The notes below the pieces were generated by a model that searched no databases, was not told the origin of the DNA, and worked only from the letters and a program-made list of their open reading frames with translations. A DNA stretch of 64,000 bases from Camelus dromedarius (taxonomy: Eukaryota), in NCBI RefSeq assembly GCF_036321535.1, contig NC_087437.1, positions 75,146,001 to 75,210,000 on the forward strand. Reading direction: 5' to 3'. Of this stretch, positions 52,342 to 64,000 are shown one piece after another. Positions within the stretch are counted from its first letter, which is position 1. Each line of letters opens with the position of its first letter. A program made the position numbers and the translations under genes.

Positions 52342-55300
52342 TAGGCATACCTTAGAGGCACTGACGTTTTGGTTCCAGACTACCTCAATAAGGTAAATTT
52401 TGCAATAGAGCAAGTCACACAAAGTTTTTGGTTTCCCAGCATATATAAAAGTTATGCTTACACTATACTGCAGGTTATTAAGTGTGCAATGTAGCATATG
52501 TCTATAAAAACAATGTGCATATCTTAATTTAAAGATACTTCATTGCTAAAAAATGCTAACCATCATCTAAGCCTTCAGCAAATCATTACCCTTTTTTTTG
52601 GTAGATGGTCTTGCCTCAGTGTTGATGGCTGCTGACTAATCAGGGTGCTGGTTGCTGAAGGCTGCAGTGGCTATAGCAATTTCTTAAAATAAGACAACAA
52701 TGAAGTTTGTCACATTGAATGTTTCTTCCTTTCAAGGATGATTTCTCTGTAGCATGCAATGCTGTTTGATAGCATTTTACCCCCAGCAGAAATTCTTTCA
52801 AACTGGAATCAATCCTCTCAAATACTGCCGCTGCTTTATCAACTAAGTTTATTAAACTAAATCCTTTGTTGTCATTTCAACAGTCTTTACAGCATTGCCA
52901 CCAGGAGTAGATCCCATCTAAAGAAAACATTTTCTTTGTTCATCTGTAAGAAGTAAATCCTCAACCATTAAATTTTTATCATGAGTGCACTTCAGTCACA
53001 TCTTCAGGCTGTACCTCAATTTCTAGTTCTCTTGCTGTTTTCACCACATCTGCAATTACTTCCACCACGGAAGGTCTTACTCCCCTCAGTGTCATCCACA
53101 AGGATTGGAATCAACTTCTTCTAAGCTTCTGTTAATGCTGGTATTTTGACCTCTTCCCATGAATTATGAATATCCTTAATGGCATCTAAAAATGTGAATC
53201 CTTTCAAGAAGGTTTTCAATTGACTTTGCCCAGACATCAATGGAATCACTATCTATGGCAACTGCAGCCTCATAAAATGTACTAAATAATAAGACTTGAA
53301 AATTGAAATGATTCATTCGTCCATGGGCTGCAGAATGGATACTGTGTTAGCAGGCATGAAAACAACATGAATTTCACTGTCCATCTCCATCAGAGCTTTT
53401 GGGTGACCAGGTGCACTGTCAATGAGCAGTAATATTTTGAAAGGAATCTTTTTTTTTCTGAGTGGTAGGTCTCAACAGTGGTCTTAAAATTAATAATTAG
53501 GAAACCATGCTGTAAACAGATGTGCTGTCACCCAGGCTTTGTTATTCCATTTCTAAAGTACATACAGATTTGATTTGGCAGAATTCTTAAAGGTCCTACA
53601 ATTTTCAGAATGGTAAATAAGCACTGGCTTCAACTTAAAATCTAAGTTGCTAGCTGCACTAGCCCCCAGCAAGAAAGTCAGCCTGTGCTTCACAGTTTTC
53701 AAGCCGGGTATTACTTCTCCTCTCTAGCTTATGAAAGCCCTAGCTAGCATGTTCTTCCAATAGAAGGATGTTTTGTCTAAGTTGAAAATCTGTTTAGTAT
53801 AGTCACTTTCATTAAGTATATTAACTCAGTCTTCTGGATAACTTCCCACAGGTTGTACATCAGCACTTGCTGCTTCACCTTGTACTCTGATGTTATAGAG
53901 ATGGCTTCTTTCCTTAAACCATATGAACCAACCTCTGCCAGCTTCAAACATTTCTTCTGCAGCTTCCTCACCCTTCACAGAATTGAGAAGAGTTAGGGCC
54001 TTGCTCCAGATTTGGCTTTGGCTTAAGGGAACATTGTGGCTGGTTTAATCTTCTATCCAAAACACTTACATTTTCTCTTTATCAGCAATAAGGCTATTTT
54101 GCTTTCTTAATATTCCTGTGTTCACTGGAGTAGCACTTTTAATTTCCTTCAAGAATTTTTCCTTTGCATTCACAACTTGGCTAACTGTTTGGCACAAGAG
54201 GCCTAGCTTTCAGCCTATCCCAACTGCCTTCCTCATTAATCTTAGTCATTTCTAGCTTTTGATTTAAAGTGAGAGACCTGCAACTCTTCCTTTCACTTGA
54301 TCATTTAGAGACCAAGATAGGGTTATTAACTGGTCTACTGCAATATTATTGCTGAGATCTCAGAGAATAAGGAAGTCTGAGGAAAGGGAGAGTGATGAGG
54401 GAAAGGCTGATCAGTGGAGCAGTCAGAACACAAACATTTATTGTTTAAGGTCATCATCTTCAATGGGCATTATTTGTAGCATCCCAAAACAATTATAATA
54501 CTAACATCAAAAATCACTGATCACTTCAAGTGGGATTTATCTCAGGGATGCAAGGATGGTTCAAAATCCACAAATCAATCATTGTGATAAACCACATTAA
54601 CAAATTGAAGAATAAAAATCACATGATCATCTCAACAGATGCAGAGAAAGCTTTTGACAAAATTCAACATCCATTTACGATAAAATCTCTCCATAAAGTG
54701 GATGTAGAGGGAACATACCCAACATAATAAAAGCCATATATAATAAGTCCACAGCTAACATCATACTCAATCGTGAAAAGCTGAAATCTTTTCCTCTAAA
54801 ATCAGGAACAAGACAAGGATGCCCACTCTTGCCACTTCTATTCAACATAGTATTAGGAGTCCTAGACACAGACAAGAAAAATAAATAAATAAAAGGATTC
54901 CAAATTGGAAAGGAAGAAGTAAAACTGTCATTGTTTATAGATGACATGATACTATATATAGAAAATCCTTAAAATGTCACCAGAAAACTACTAGGGCTCA
55001 TCAATGAATTTGGTAAAGTCACAGGATACAAAATTAATATAAAGAAATCTGTTGCATTTCTATATACTAACAGGGAACTATCAGAAAGAGAAATTAAGAA
55101 AATAATCCCATTTACCATCACATCAAAAAGAAAAGATACCTAGGAATAAATACAAGAAGGTAAAAGACCTCTACTTGGAAAGCCATAAGACACTGATGAA
55201 ATACATTGAAGACAACACAAAGAGATAGACAGATATATCATGTACATGATTTGGAAGAATTAATGTTAAACTGACCATACAACTCAAATCAATTTACAGA

Positions 55301-57075
55301 TTCAATACAATCCCTATCAAAATAACAATGGTATTTTTCAGAGAGCTAGAAAAATAATTCTAAAATGTGTATGGAAATTCAAAGACCCTGAATAGCCGAA
55401 GAATTGCTGAGAAAGAACATAGCTGGAGGTATCATGCTCCTTGACTTCAGATTGTACTGCAAAGCTACAGTAATCAAAACAATATGGTAATGGCACAAAA
55501 ATAGACACACAGATCAATGGAACAGAATAGAGAGCTCAGAAATAAATCCACACACTTATGGTCCATTAATCTATGACAAAGGAGGCAAGAATATACAATG
55601 AGGAAAAGACAGTCTCTTCAACAGGTAGTGCTAGGGAAAACTGGACAGTTACATGTGAAAGAATGAAATCATTCTCTCACATCATATACAAAAATAAACT
55701 CAAAATGGATTGTAGACCTAAAGGTAAGACCAGAAACCATAAAACTCCTAGAAGAAAATATAGGCAGAACACTCTTTGACATAAATTGTGGCAATATTTT
55801 TTTTTGATTTGTCTCCTAAGGCAAAGGAAACAAGAGCAAAAATAAACAAATGGGACCTAATTAAATTTAAAAGGTTTTTCACTGCAAATGAAACCATTGA
55901 CAAAGTGAAAAGACAACTTACTGAATGAGACAAAATATTTACAAATGATATGAATGATAAGAGGTTAATATCCAAAATAAACAGTTCATACAACCCAATA
56001 TCAAAAAAAAAAAAAAAACAAACAAAAAAAAAACCCACACCTAAACAGCCCATTTATAAATGGGCAGAAGACCTGAATACACATTTTCCCAAAGAAGACA
56101 TACAGACAGCCATGAGGCAAATGAAAAGATGCTCAACACTGCTAATCATCAGGTTACCAAATCAAAACCACAATTAGATATCACCTCACATCTGTCAGAA
56201 TGGCTATCATCAAAAAGACCACAAATGTCAGCAAGGATATGGAGAAAAGGTGGTGTGTACACTATTGGTGGGAATGCAAGGTGCAGCCATTATGGAAAAC
56301 AGAAAAGAGGTTCCCCAAGAAACTAAAAATTCAACTACTATATGATCCAGCAAATACATTCTTGAATATATATTTAAAGAAAATGAAAAAACAAATTTTA
56401 AAAGATACAAGCACCCCAATGTTAATAACAGTATTACTTACAATAGCCAAGATAGGAAGAAACCTAAGTGTCCATCAACAGATGAGTGGATAAATAAGAT
56501 ATGGTATATATACACAATGGAATATTACTCAGCCTTAAAAAATAAGATTTTGCTACCTACAACAACATGAATGGACCTAGAGAATATTATGCTTAGTGAA
56601 ATAAGTCAGACAGATGAAGACAAATACTCTATGTTATCACTTATATGTGGAATCTAAAAAATAAAATGAATGGATATAACAAAAGAGAAACAGACTCAAA
56701 GATATAAAGAACAAACTGGAGGTTACCAATGGGGAGAGGGTATGAGTGAGGGGCATTATAAAGGTAGGGGATTAAGAGGTACAAACTACTATGTATAAAA
56801 TAAGCTACAAGATATATTGTATAGTGCAGGGAAAATTGCCAATATTTCATAATAACTTTGGAGTATCTTTAAAATTTCTGAATCACTAAGTTGTATACCT
56901 GAAACATAATACTGTAAATCAACTACATACCCCCCCAAAAAAACTGATCACAGACTGTCATAACAAAATAATAATAATGAAAAAGTCTGAAATATTGCAA
57001 TTACCAAGACGTGACAAAGAAACATGAAGTGAGCAAATGCTGTTGGGAAAATGGTGCTAACAGACTTGCTTGGGT
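52342..57075 (-). mobile_element. Near-full-length Tigger1 DNA transposon (decayed transposase), interrupted by L1 at 54525-56942
   Basis: End 'aggcatacct..ggttccagactacc..aataa'. Antisense transposase motifs (GEEAAEE..EAGRGWF..FKERSH) at about 53780-53975. Confidence 0.88.
54525..56942 (+). mobile_element. 5'-truncated L1 (RT to 3' UTR) inserted in Tigger1
   Basis: RT remnant ([23 protein letters not shown]). Duplicated target actgatcac. Confidence 0.92.
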
Positions 57076-58074
57076 TAGCACAAGTATTTTGCTTAGCACA
57101 AACAGATAATAATGTAGGTCTTCCATAAAAGCAAAATGGTGTAAAGTGAATTTTGAAAAACGGGGGATACTTGTACTTCTGAAACTCCTTTTTAGATCTT
57201 TCCAGGATAACTTCATGCCAACCCAACTATCAGCCTGTCTTATATGCATTTCTGCAACTTCCCTTCTTTAGAGAGGATATGCACTTTGAAGAGCTTGATT
57301 TTTCTCCTGCTGTATTTCTTTTATTCCCCAAGGCTTCATCACAAAGCCTTCTATTCTTCTGCCATCTGCTTTACCTTCCTTTTCTATTCCTAACCCTCAG
57401 TTTCCCTGGCTATGGAACTGGAAAGAAAGAACTAATTAACTACCAAAAGAGTTATTTGCAATTTGAACATATTAAATTCCTAACTGAAGAAAGGGAGCAT
57501 ATAGAGTACCTACAAAAATCTCTATACACGCTAATTAGTAGTTATTTGTACAGTTCCCTCTATTTGCTACACACATTCTACTTTTTCACCATCTTTGTCC
57601 AGGAAATCCCTGATAGGTGTTTTTGGAACTTCAACTATTGTTAAGTAGAGATGATGTAAATCAAATAATTAAGAAAGGACAAAATTTCAGGAATAAGGAC
57701 TTTGTAGTCACTCTACATAACACAAGCAAACTTCTATATGCTAGAATTTTTCAGGATGAGAGCTTTTGATTAGAGAATTTGATTGACTCAGCTTTTTATA
57801 ATTGGTTGCTTACACTACACTAGACAATTTTTTGCACCTATAACACTAATAAAGTATATGAATAGGACTAGTCAGTATGAAATAGTTATATGAAAAAGTT
57901 TCAGCATTCTTCAGGTTCTATACTTTATAATTTAGACATATGATACAACATCTCTCTTCCAACATCCAAATTTAATCAAGATAAAATTACTTTATTTTCA
58001 AAGTATCTCTACATTTTTTCAATAAAATAAATTGGAAAAAAAAACTTAAGGTATTTTAAAAAACCTAAAAATTC

Positions 58075-61000
58075 ATCATCAGGCCAGAAAATCAATAAGG
58101 AAATACAGGCCTGAAATAACACATTAGACCAGATGGACCTAACTGATATCTATAGAGCATTCTACCCCAAAACAACAGAATACACATTCTTTTCAGGTAC
58201 ACATGGAACATTCTCCAGAATCGATCACATGCTGGCCCACAAAGCTAGCCTCAGCAAATTTAAGAAAACTGAAATTGTACCAAGCATCTTTTCAGACCAC
58301 AATGGTATTAGGTTAGAAATCAACTACAAGAAAAAAACTGCAAACACATGGAGGCTAAACAACATGATACTACACAACCAGGAGATCACAGAAGAAATCG
58401 AAGAGGAAATCAAAAAATACTTTGGGACAAATGAAAACGAAAACACAATAATCCAAAACCTCTGGCATGCAGTAAAAGCAGTTCTCAGAGGGAATTTTAT
58501 AGCGATACAAGTCTACCTAAGGAAGTAAGAAAAATCTCAAGTAAACAACCTAACATTATACCTAAAGAAGTTAGAGAAAGAAGAACAAACAAACCCCAAA
58601 GTTAGTAGAAGAAAAGAAATCATAAAGATTAGAGCAGAAATAAATGAAATAGAGACTAAAAAAACAATAGAAAAGATCAATGAAACTAAAAACTAGTTCC
58701 TTGAAAAGATAAACAAAATTGATAAGCCTTTAGTCAGACTCATCAAGAAAAAAAGGGAGAGGGCTCAGATTAATAAAATCAGAAATGAAAAAGAAGTTAC
58801 AACTGACATCACAGAAATACAGGGGATCACAAGAGGATACTATGATCAACTATATGCCAGCAAAAATGACAATGCAGAAGAAATGGACAATTTCTTAGAA
58901 AGGTACAATATGCCTAGACTAAACCAGGAAGAAATAGACAATATGAGTAGACCAATTACCAGTACTGAAATTGAATCAGTAATTAAAAACTCCCAACAAA
59001 CAAAAGTCCAGGACCAGATAGCTTCACAGGTGAATTCTACCAAAAGCTGAAAGAGTTAACACCTATCCTTCTGAAACCATTCCAAAACTTTGCAGAGGAA
59101 GGAACACTTCCAAACTTCTTCTATGAGGTCATCATCACCCTGATACCAAAACCAGACAAGGATATCACAAAAAAAGAAAATTACAGGCCAATATTACTTA
59201 TGAATATAGATGCAAGAATCCTCAACAAAACACTAGCAAATCGACTCCAAAAACGCATTAAAAGGATCATACACCATGATCAAGTGGGATTTATCCCAGG
59301 GATGCAGGGATTTTTCAATATATGCAAATCAATCAACATGATATACCACATTAACAAATTGAAGAATAAAAACAGTATAATACTTTTAATAGATGCAGAA
59401 AAAGGTTTTGATAAAATCCAACATCCATTTATGATCAAAACTCTCCAGAAAGTGGGCATAGATGGAACATACCTCAACATAATAAAGTCCATGTATGACA
59501 AACCCACAGCCAACATCATACTTAATGGGGAAAAGCTGAAAGCATTCCCTTTAAGATCACGAACAAGACAAGGATGTCCACTGTCATCACTTTTATTTTC
59601 AACATAGTTTTGGAAATCTTAGCCATAGCAATCAGAGAAGAAAAAGAAACAACAGGAATCCAAATTGGAAACGAAGAAGTAAAATTGTCACTGTTTGCAG
59701 CTGACGTGAAACTATACATAGAAAACCCTAAGAAGCAACCAGAAAACTACTAGAACTCATCAATGAATATAGTAAAGTTGCAGGATACAAAATTAATATA
59801 CAGCAATCAGTTGCATTTCTATACACTAACAATGAAATAGCAGAAAGGGAAATTAAGGAAACGATACAATTTACCATTGTGCCAAAAAGAACAAAACACC
59901 TAGGAATAAACATACCGAAGGAGGCAAAAGACCTGTATGCCAAAAACTGTAAGACACTGATGAAGGAAATTGAAGACTACATAAACTAATGGAAAGATAT
60001 ACCATGTTCTTGGATTGGAAGAATCAATACTGTTAAAATGGCCATACTGCCCAAGGCAATTTACAGATTCAATGCAGTCCCTATCAAGTTACCAACAACA
60101 TTCTTCACAGAGCTGGAACAAAAAAATGTTAAAATTTGTATGGAAACACAGGAGACCGTGAATAGCCAAAACAATCTTGAAAAAGAAGAATGGAGCTGGG
60201 GGAATCATGCTCCTTGACTTCAGACTATACTACAACGCTGTGGTAATCAAAATAGTATGGTACTGGCACAAAAACAGACATGTAGATCAATGGAACAGGA
60301 TAGAAAGTCCAGAAATAAACCCACGCATATATGGTCAATTAATCTACAACAAAGGAGGCAAGAATATACAATGGAGAAAAGATAGTCTCTTCAATAAGTA
60401 GTGCTGGGAAAACCAGACAGCTACCTGTAAAAGACTGAAATTAGAACACTCTCTAACACCATGTACAAAAATAAACTCAAAATGGACTAAAGACCTCAAT
60501 GTAAGATGAGATACTATAAAACTCCTAGAGGAAAACATGGGCAGAACACTCGTGGACATACATTACAGCAATATATTTTCTGAACTAGCTCCTGGAGTAA
60601 TGGAAATAAAAGCAAAAATAAACAAATGGGATCTAATTAAACTTAAAAGCTTTTGCACAGCTAAGGATACCATCAACAAAATGAAAAGATAACCTACAGA
60701 ATGGGAGAAAATATTTGTAAATGATGTGACTGACAAAGGACAAATTTCCAAAATATATAAACAGTTCACACACCTTAATATAAAAGAAACAAGCAACACA
60801 ATCCAAAAATAGGCAGAAGACCTAAACAAGCAATTCTCCAGTGAAGACATACAAATGGCCAATAGGCACATGAAAAAATGCTCAGCATTGCTAATTGTAA
60901 GAGAAATGCAGACCAAAACTACAATGAGATATTACCTCACACCAGACAGAATGGCCATCATTGAAAAGTCTACAGATGATAGATGCTGGAGAGGGTGTGG

Positions 61001-61452
61001 AGAAAAGGGAACCCTCCTACACTGTTGGTGGGAGTGTAGATTGGTGCAGCCACTGTGGAGGACAGTATGGAGGTTCCTTAAAAAACTGAAAATAGACTTA
61101 CCATGTGATCCAGCAATCCCAGTCCTGGGCATATATCCAGAGAAAAATAAAATTCAAAAAGACACATGCACCCCAATGTTCATATCAGCACTATTTACAA
61201 TAGCCAAGACATGGAAACAACCCAAATGTCCATCAACAGATGACTGGATAAAGAAGATGTGGTACATATATACAATGGAACACTACTCAGCCATATAACA
61301 GATTAAAATAATTCCATTTGCAGCAATATGGATGGACCTGAAGATTGTCATTCTAAGCGAAGTGGGCCAGAAAGAGAAAGGAAAATACCATATGACATCA
61401 TTTATATGAGGAATCTAAAAAATAACAATAATAATAATGACACAAATGAACT
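58075..61452 (+). mobile_element. Younger L1 fragment spanning most of ORF2, truncated at both ends
   Basis: Long ORF2 remnants at 58133-58528, 59200-59607 and 60855-61298, with few disruptions. Confidence 0.93.
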
Positions 61453-62539
61453 ACTTATTACTTACAACAAAGATGATTGATTTCTTGAATATGTATAAGC
61501 ACATTTGACTGTCCTTTATGATTAGATTACTGCATTTTGTTGATTCTTATTTTGTAGTTGGCTTTATTCCTTTGATAACTATGTAAGCTTAAAAATCTAA
61601 AGCTCTAATCTGTTCTTAGAAACAATAATCAGTACATATACATAAACTAAAAAAAATGCAGTATACCGTATATATATATATTTATATGCAATATAATGTG
61701 TATGTGCAGTCAAACTGGAATAATCCAACCTAATAGAACTGAAAAAGGGAAAAAACAACACTAAAAACAAAACCTAAAAATAGTTTACTGGCTTTAATAA
61801 GAATTTTTTAATATTACTTGTATATACATTTTAAGTGGTGTTTACATTTATTTCCACTTGTGTTTATTCCCTGTTTAATGTGACACAGAAGTGGGGCTTT
61901 CCATTTAGCTAAAATTGAGAATCTGAGTACTACCATATTTTAATCTTTTGGAAATATGGAAGAGACATATACCCTTGGAGCATAGATTTGTGATCTGAAA
62001 GTTGTAGATTTACTTGGTCAGCGTTATGTATTAGACCTGGGACTTACTAATGTTTTGTCAAAAATAAAAAACATCAGCTAAACTAATGAATCAGGCTGTG
62101 TTTTATTAGATAAGACTATTTAAAAGTAAGAAAAAATCATATTCATGTTTTGAAAAACAAAATTTAAAAAATATAATTTTCAAGATAACTTTTGATAATA
62201 TGTAAATATAATATTGATATTTTATGCTCAGATTAGAGTATAAATAATCTTTATTTTGTTCTTGGCCTCAATAAGCATTTTGTAAATTTACTTTCATTGT
62301 CTAAAATTTCATTTATGATTAAAGTTTGTGTATGCTTCCAAATGACTAATAACATGCACTTACCAGACCACAGTTGGCTAAATATTCTCACTCAGTTTTA
62401 TAATACAGCCTACAAAGTATATCTAGATTTTAAATATATATTTCAAGACAGAAAAAAACATTTTTTCACAGTAAAGTTTGCATAGCATAGTGGTAAGCTA
62501 TACGCTTAATAAAAAAATACTCTTGAGTCCAAATCCATA

Positions 62540-62770
62540 GGAATATACAACAAGACTGATCAAAATACAAAGTATGGACTTTGGGTAATTCTGGTATGTC
62601 AATGTAATTCCATCAGTTGTAACAAGTGTAACACTGTTGGGGGATACTGATTGAAGAGGCTACGCATGTTTGGGGGCAGACAGTGTATGGGAAGTCTCTG
62701 TACATTCCCCTCAATTTTACTCTGAATCAAAAAAAATTGCTCTAAAATACTAGTCTTAATTAAAAAATTA
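62540..62770 (+). mobile_element. Old L1 3' end (L1MC/MD-like)
   Basis: 'tatggactttgggtaat..tgtcaatgta..tgtatgggaagtctctgtac' pattern. Confidence 0.75.
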
Positions 62771-63364
62771 AGTCAATACAAAAATACTCCTGATTTTCTC
62801 TTGTAATTTTCCAAGCTATTAAGAGAGTTCTTGCTAAAACTGTGCTACAGATAGTAACTTGTTCTTTTTGCAACTCTCAAACAACAGGAAGAGGCCTAAA
62901 AGAAGATTCTTGGATTTCTAACATTTTTGTACATTACTGCACTGATGGCAGAGTCTTTGACACAAGGGAGAAAAATCAAGATTTCTTAGATTTTGGAAAG
63001 CACTTCTGAACTTATCTGTTGAAATATGACAAAAAGCTGTTTTTAAAACACCGAGTAGACACTAAAAATGAGAGTGGTACACAGAAATCAATAAAATTTC
63101 CAAATGACTAATTCAGTTTCTTTATTTGTATATTTAAATGTACAAATTATGATTTAGCGGAGTAATGCACGCTACAAGTTTAAATCATTTAGGATCTAAC
63201 ATACATAGATTTCTCTATAATGATATATTCAATGAGCTATGAACATTTATTTGTGCTACACGTCTACTTGGACTAATTTTAACTTCTATCAGTAAATCTA
63301 TATACTAAACCTAAGTGTCCATAATCAGACAGTCCTCTGTTATTATACTAATACAGCCTCTTAC

Positions 63365-63409
63365 CTTTTTATTCTTGGTCTTTTTCTTTTTCTTTGGTTT
63401 ACTCTTAAC
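63365..63409 (-). CDS. DZIP3: DZIP3 coding exon (45 nt; VKSKPKKKKKTKNKK, lysine-rich RNA-binding motif)
   Basis: Boundaries ttag|GTT...AAG|gtaaga. Translation matches recalled human DZIP3 VKSKQRKKKKTKNKK. Phase 0/0. Confidence 0.9.
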
Positions 63410-64000
63410 CTAACAGATAAGAAATAAATAACTTATTTAATATGCAGTTCAAAACACACAATGGGTTATTCTGCAAAATATATTTCCTTTAATTACTGAG
63501 ATCTTTTATCTTCTAATACAGATCATTTTCTTTCTAGATTCTATGGAAAATTATTTTCATTTTAGTTTTTATGTTATCTCAATCTTCTGCTTGAGAAATC
63601 ACTGATACATAAAGGAACAAGACATAACGTCAATGAGTAGGCTACGGAAAAGAGCTCAGAGATCCTCACTTGCACACATGCAATGCAAGACTAACAAAGG
63701 AGGAAGGCATTTTTAAAAACAACATATTCAGGTCCATAAGATGAAAAACTAAACCTAAAAAGAATTTAGAGACTACATAATAACTGTTACCACTTGTCTA
63801 TAAAGAAGTATATTCCACATGATTTTAATTCTACCTCTGTGTAAATAGCATTGAAATACTCCTGTTTTTCTTCCTTTCTCTCTCTCCTTCTATTCCCCAC
63901 TACACTTTCTTCTGCTTTCTGTTAACCTCCCACATCCACTCTCACCACTACTGGATTAAGAAATATGTTCAGAAATCTAGCCTAGTGCCTGGCACATAGT

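Noticed and set aside
52342..54524. TIGD1-like domesticated transposase
   Set aside because: No long ORF. Multiple disruptions indicate an ordinary decayed Tigger1.
57279..57644. 121-aa hydrophobic ORF
   Set aside because: Pyrimidine-rich intronic sequence antisense to DZIP3, with no recognisable domain.
58133..61298. Endonuclease/reverse transcriptase ORFs as an active or domesticated gene
   Set aside because: L1 ORF2 with in-frame stops and frameshifts, and no ORF1 or promoter.

Overview
AT-rich, repeat-dense mammalian genomic DNA, not prokaryotic. The species is probably a camelid: it carries tRNA-derived SINEs resembling the camelid vic-1 type, and I saw no Alu, Bov-A or PRE1 elements. 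The only protein-coding gene I can support is the 3' half of DZIP3 (hRUL138, an RNA-binding RING-H2 E3 ubiquitin ligase) on the minus strand. Sixteen GT-AG exons from 63409 down to the TGA at 21578-21580 splice in one open frame (1665 nt, 554 aa). They run from the K-rich motif through the coiled coil and proline-rich region to the RING-H2 domain and the C-terminus ...PSRQLPKI*. The 5' exons lie beyond the right edge of the window. Everything else is intronic or intergenic: many L1 fragments (including a decayed near-full-length L1 at about 7.9-14.1 kb), solo LTRs, a near-full Tigger1 in a three-level nest, MER/MIR relics and microsatellites. Almost all ORFs in the supplied track are L1 debris or chance. 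I found no convincing undescribed biological system. The most noteworthy items are a twin-primed inverted L1, a probable 21-nt L1 3' transduction, a roughly 340-bp tandem duplication downstream of the DZIP3 stop, a MITE 10 nt from a splice donor, two co-oriented CTCF-like motifs and a possible RING-truncating cassette exon. Gene and repeat family names come from recall of consensus sequences, not from a database search.
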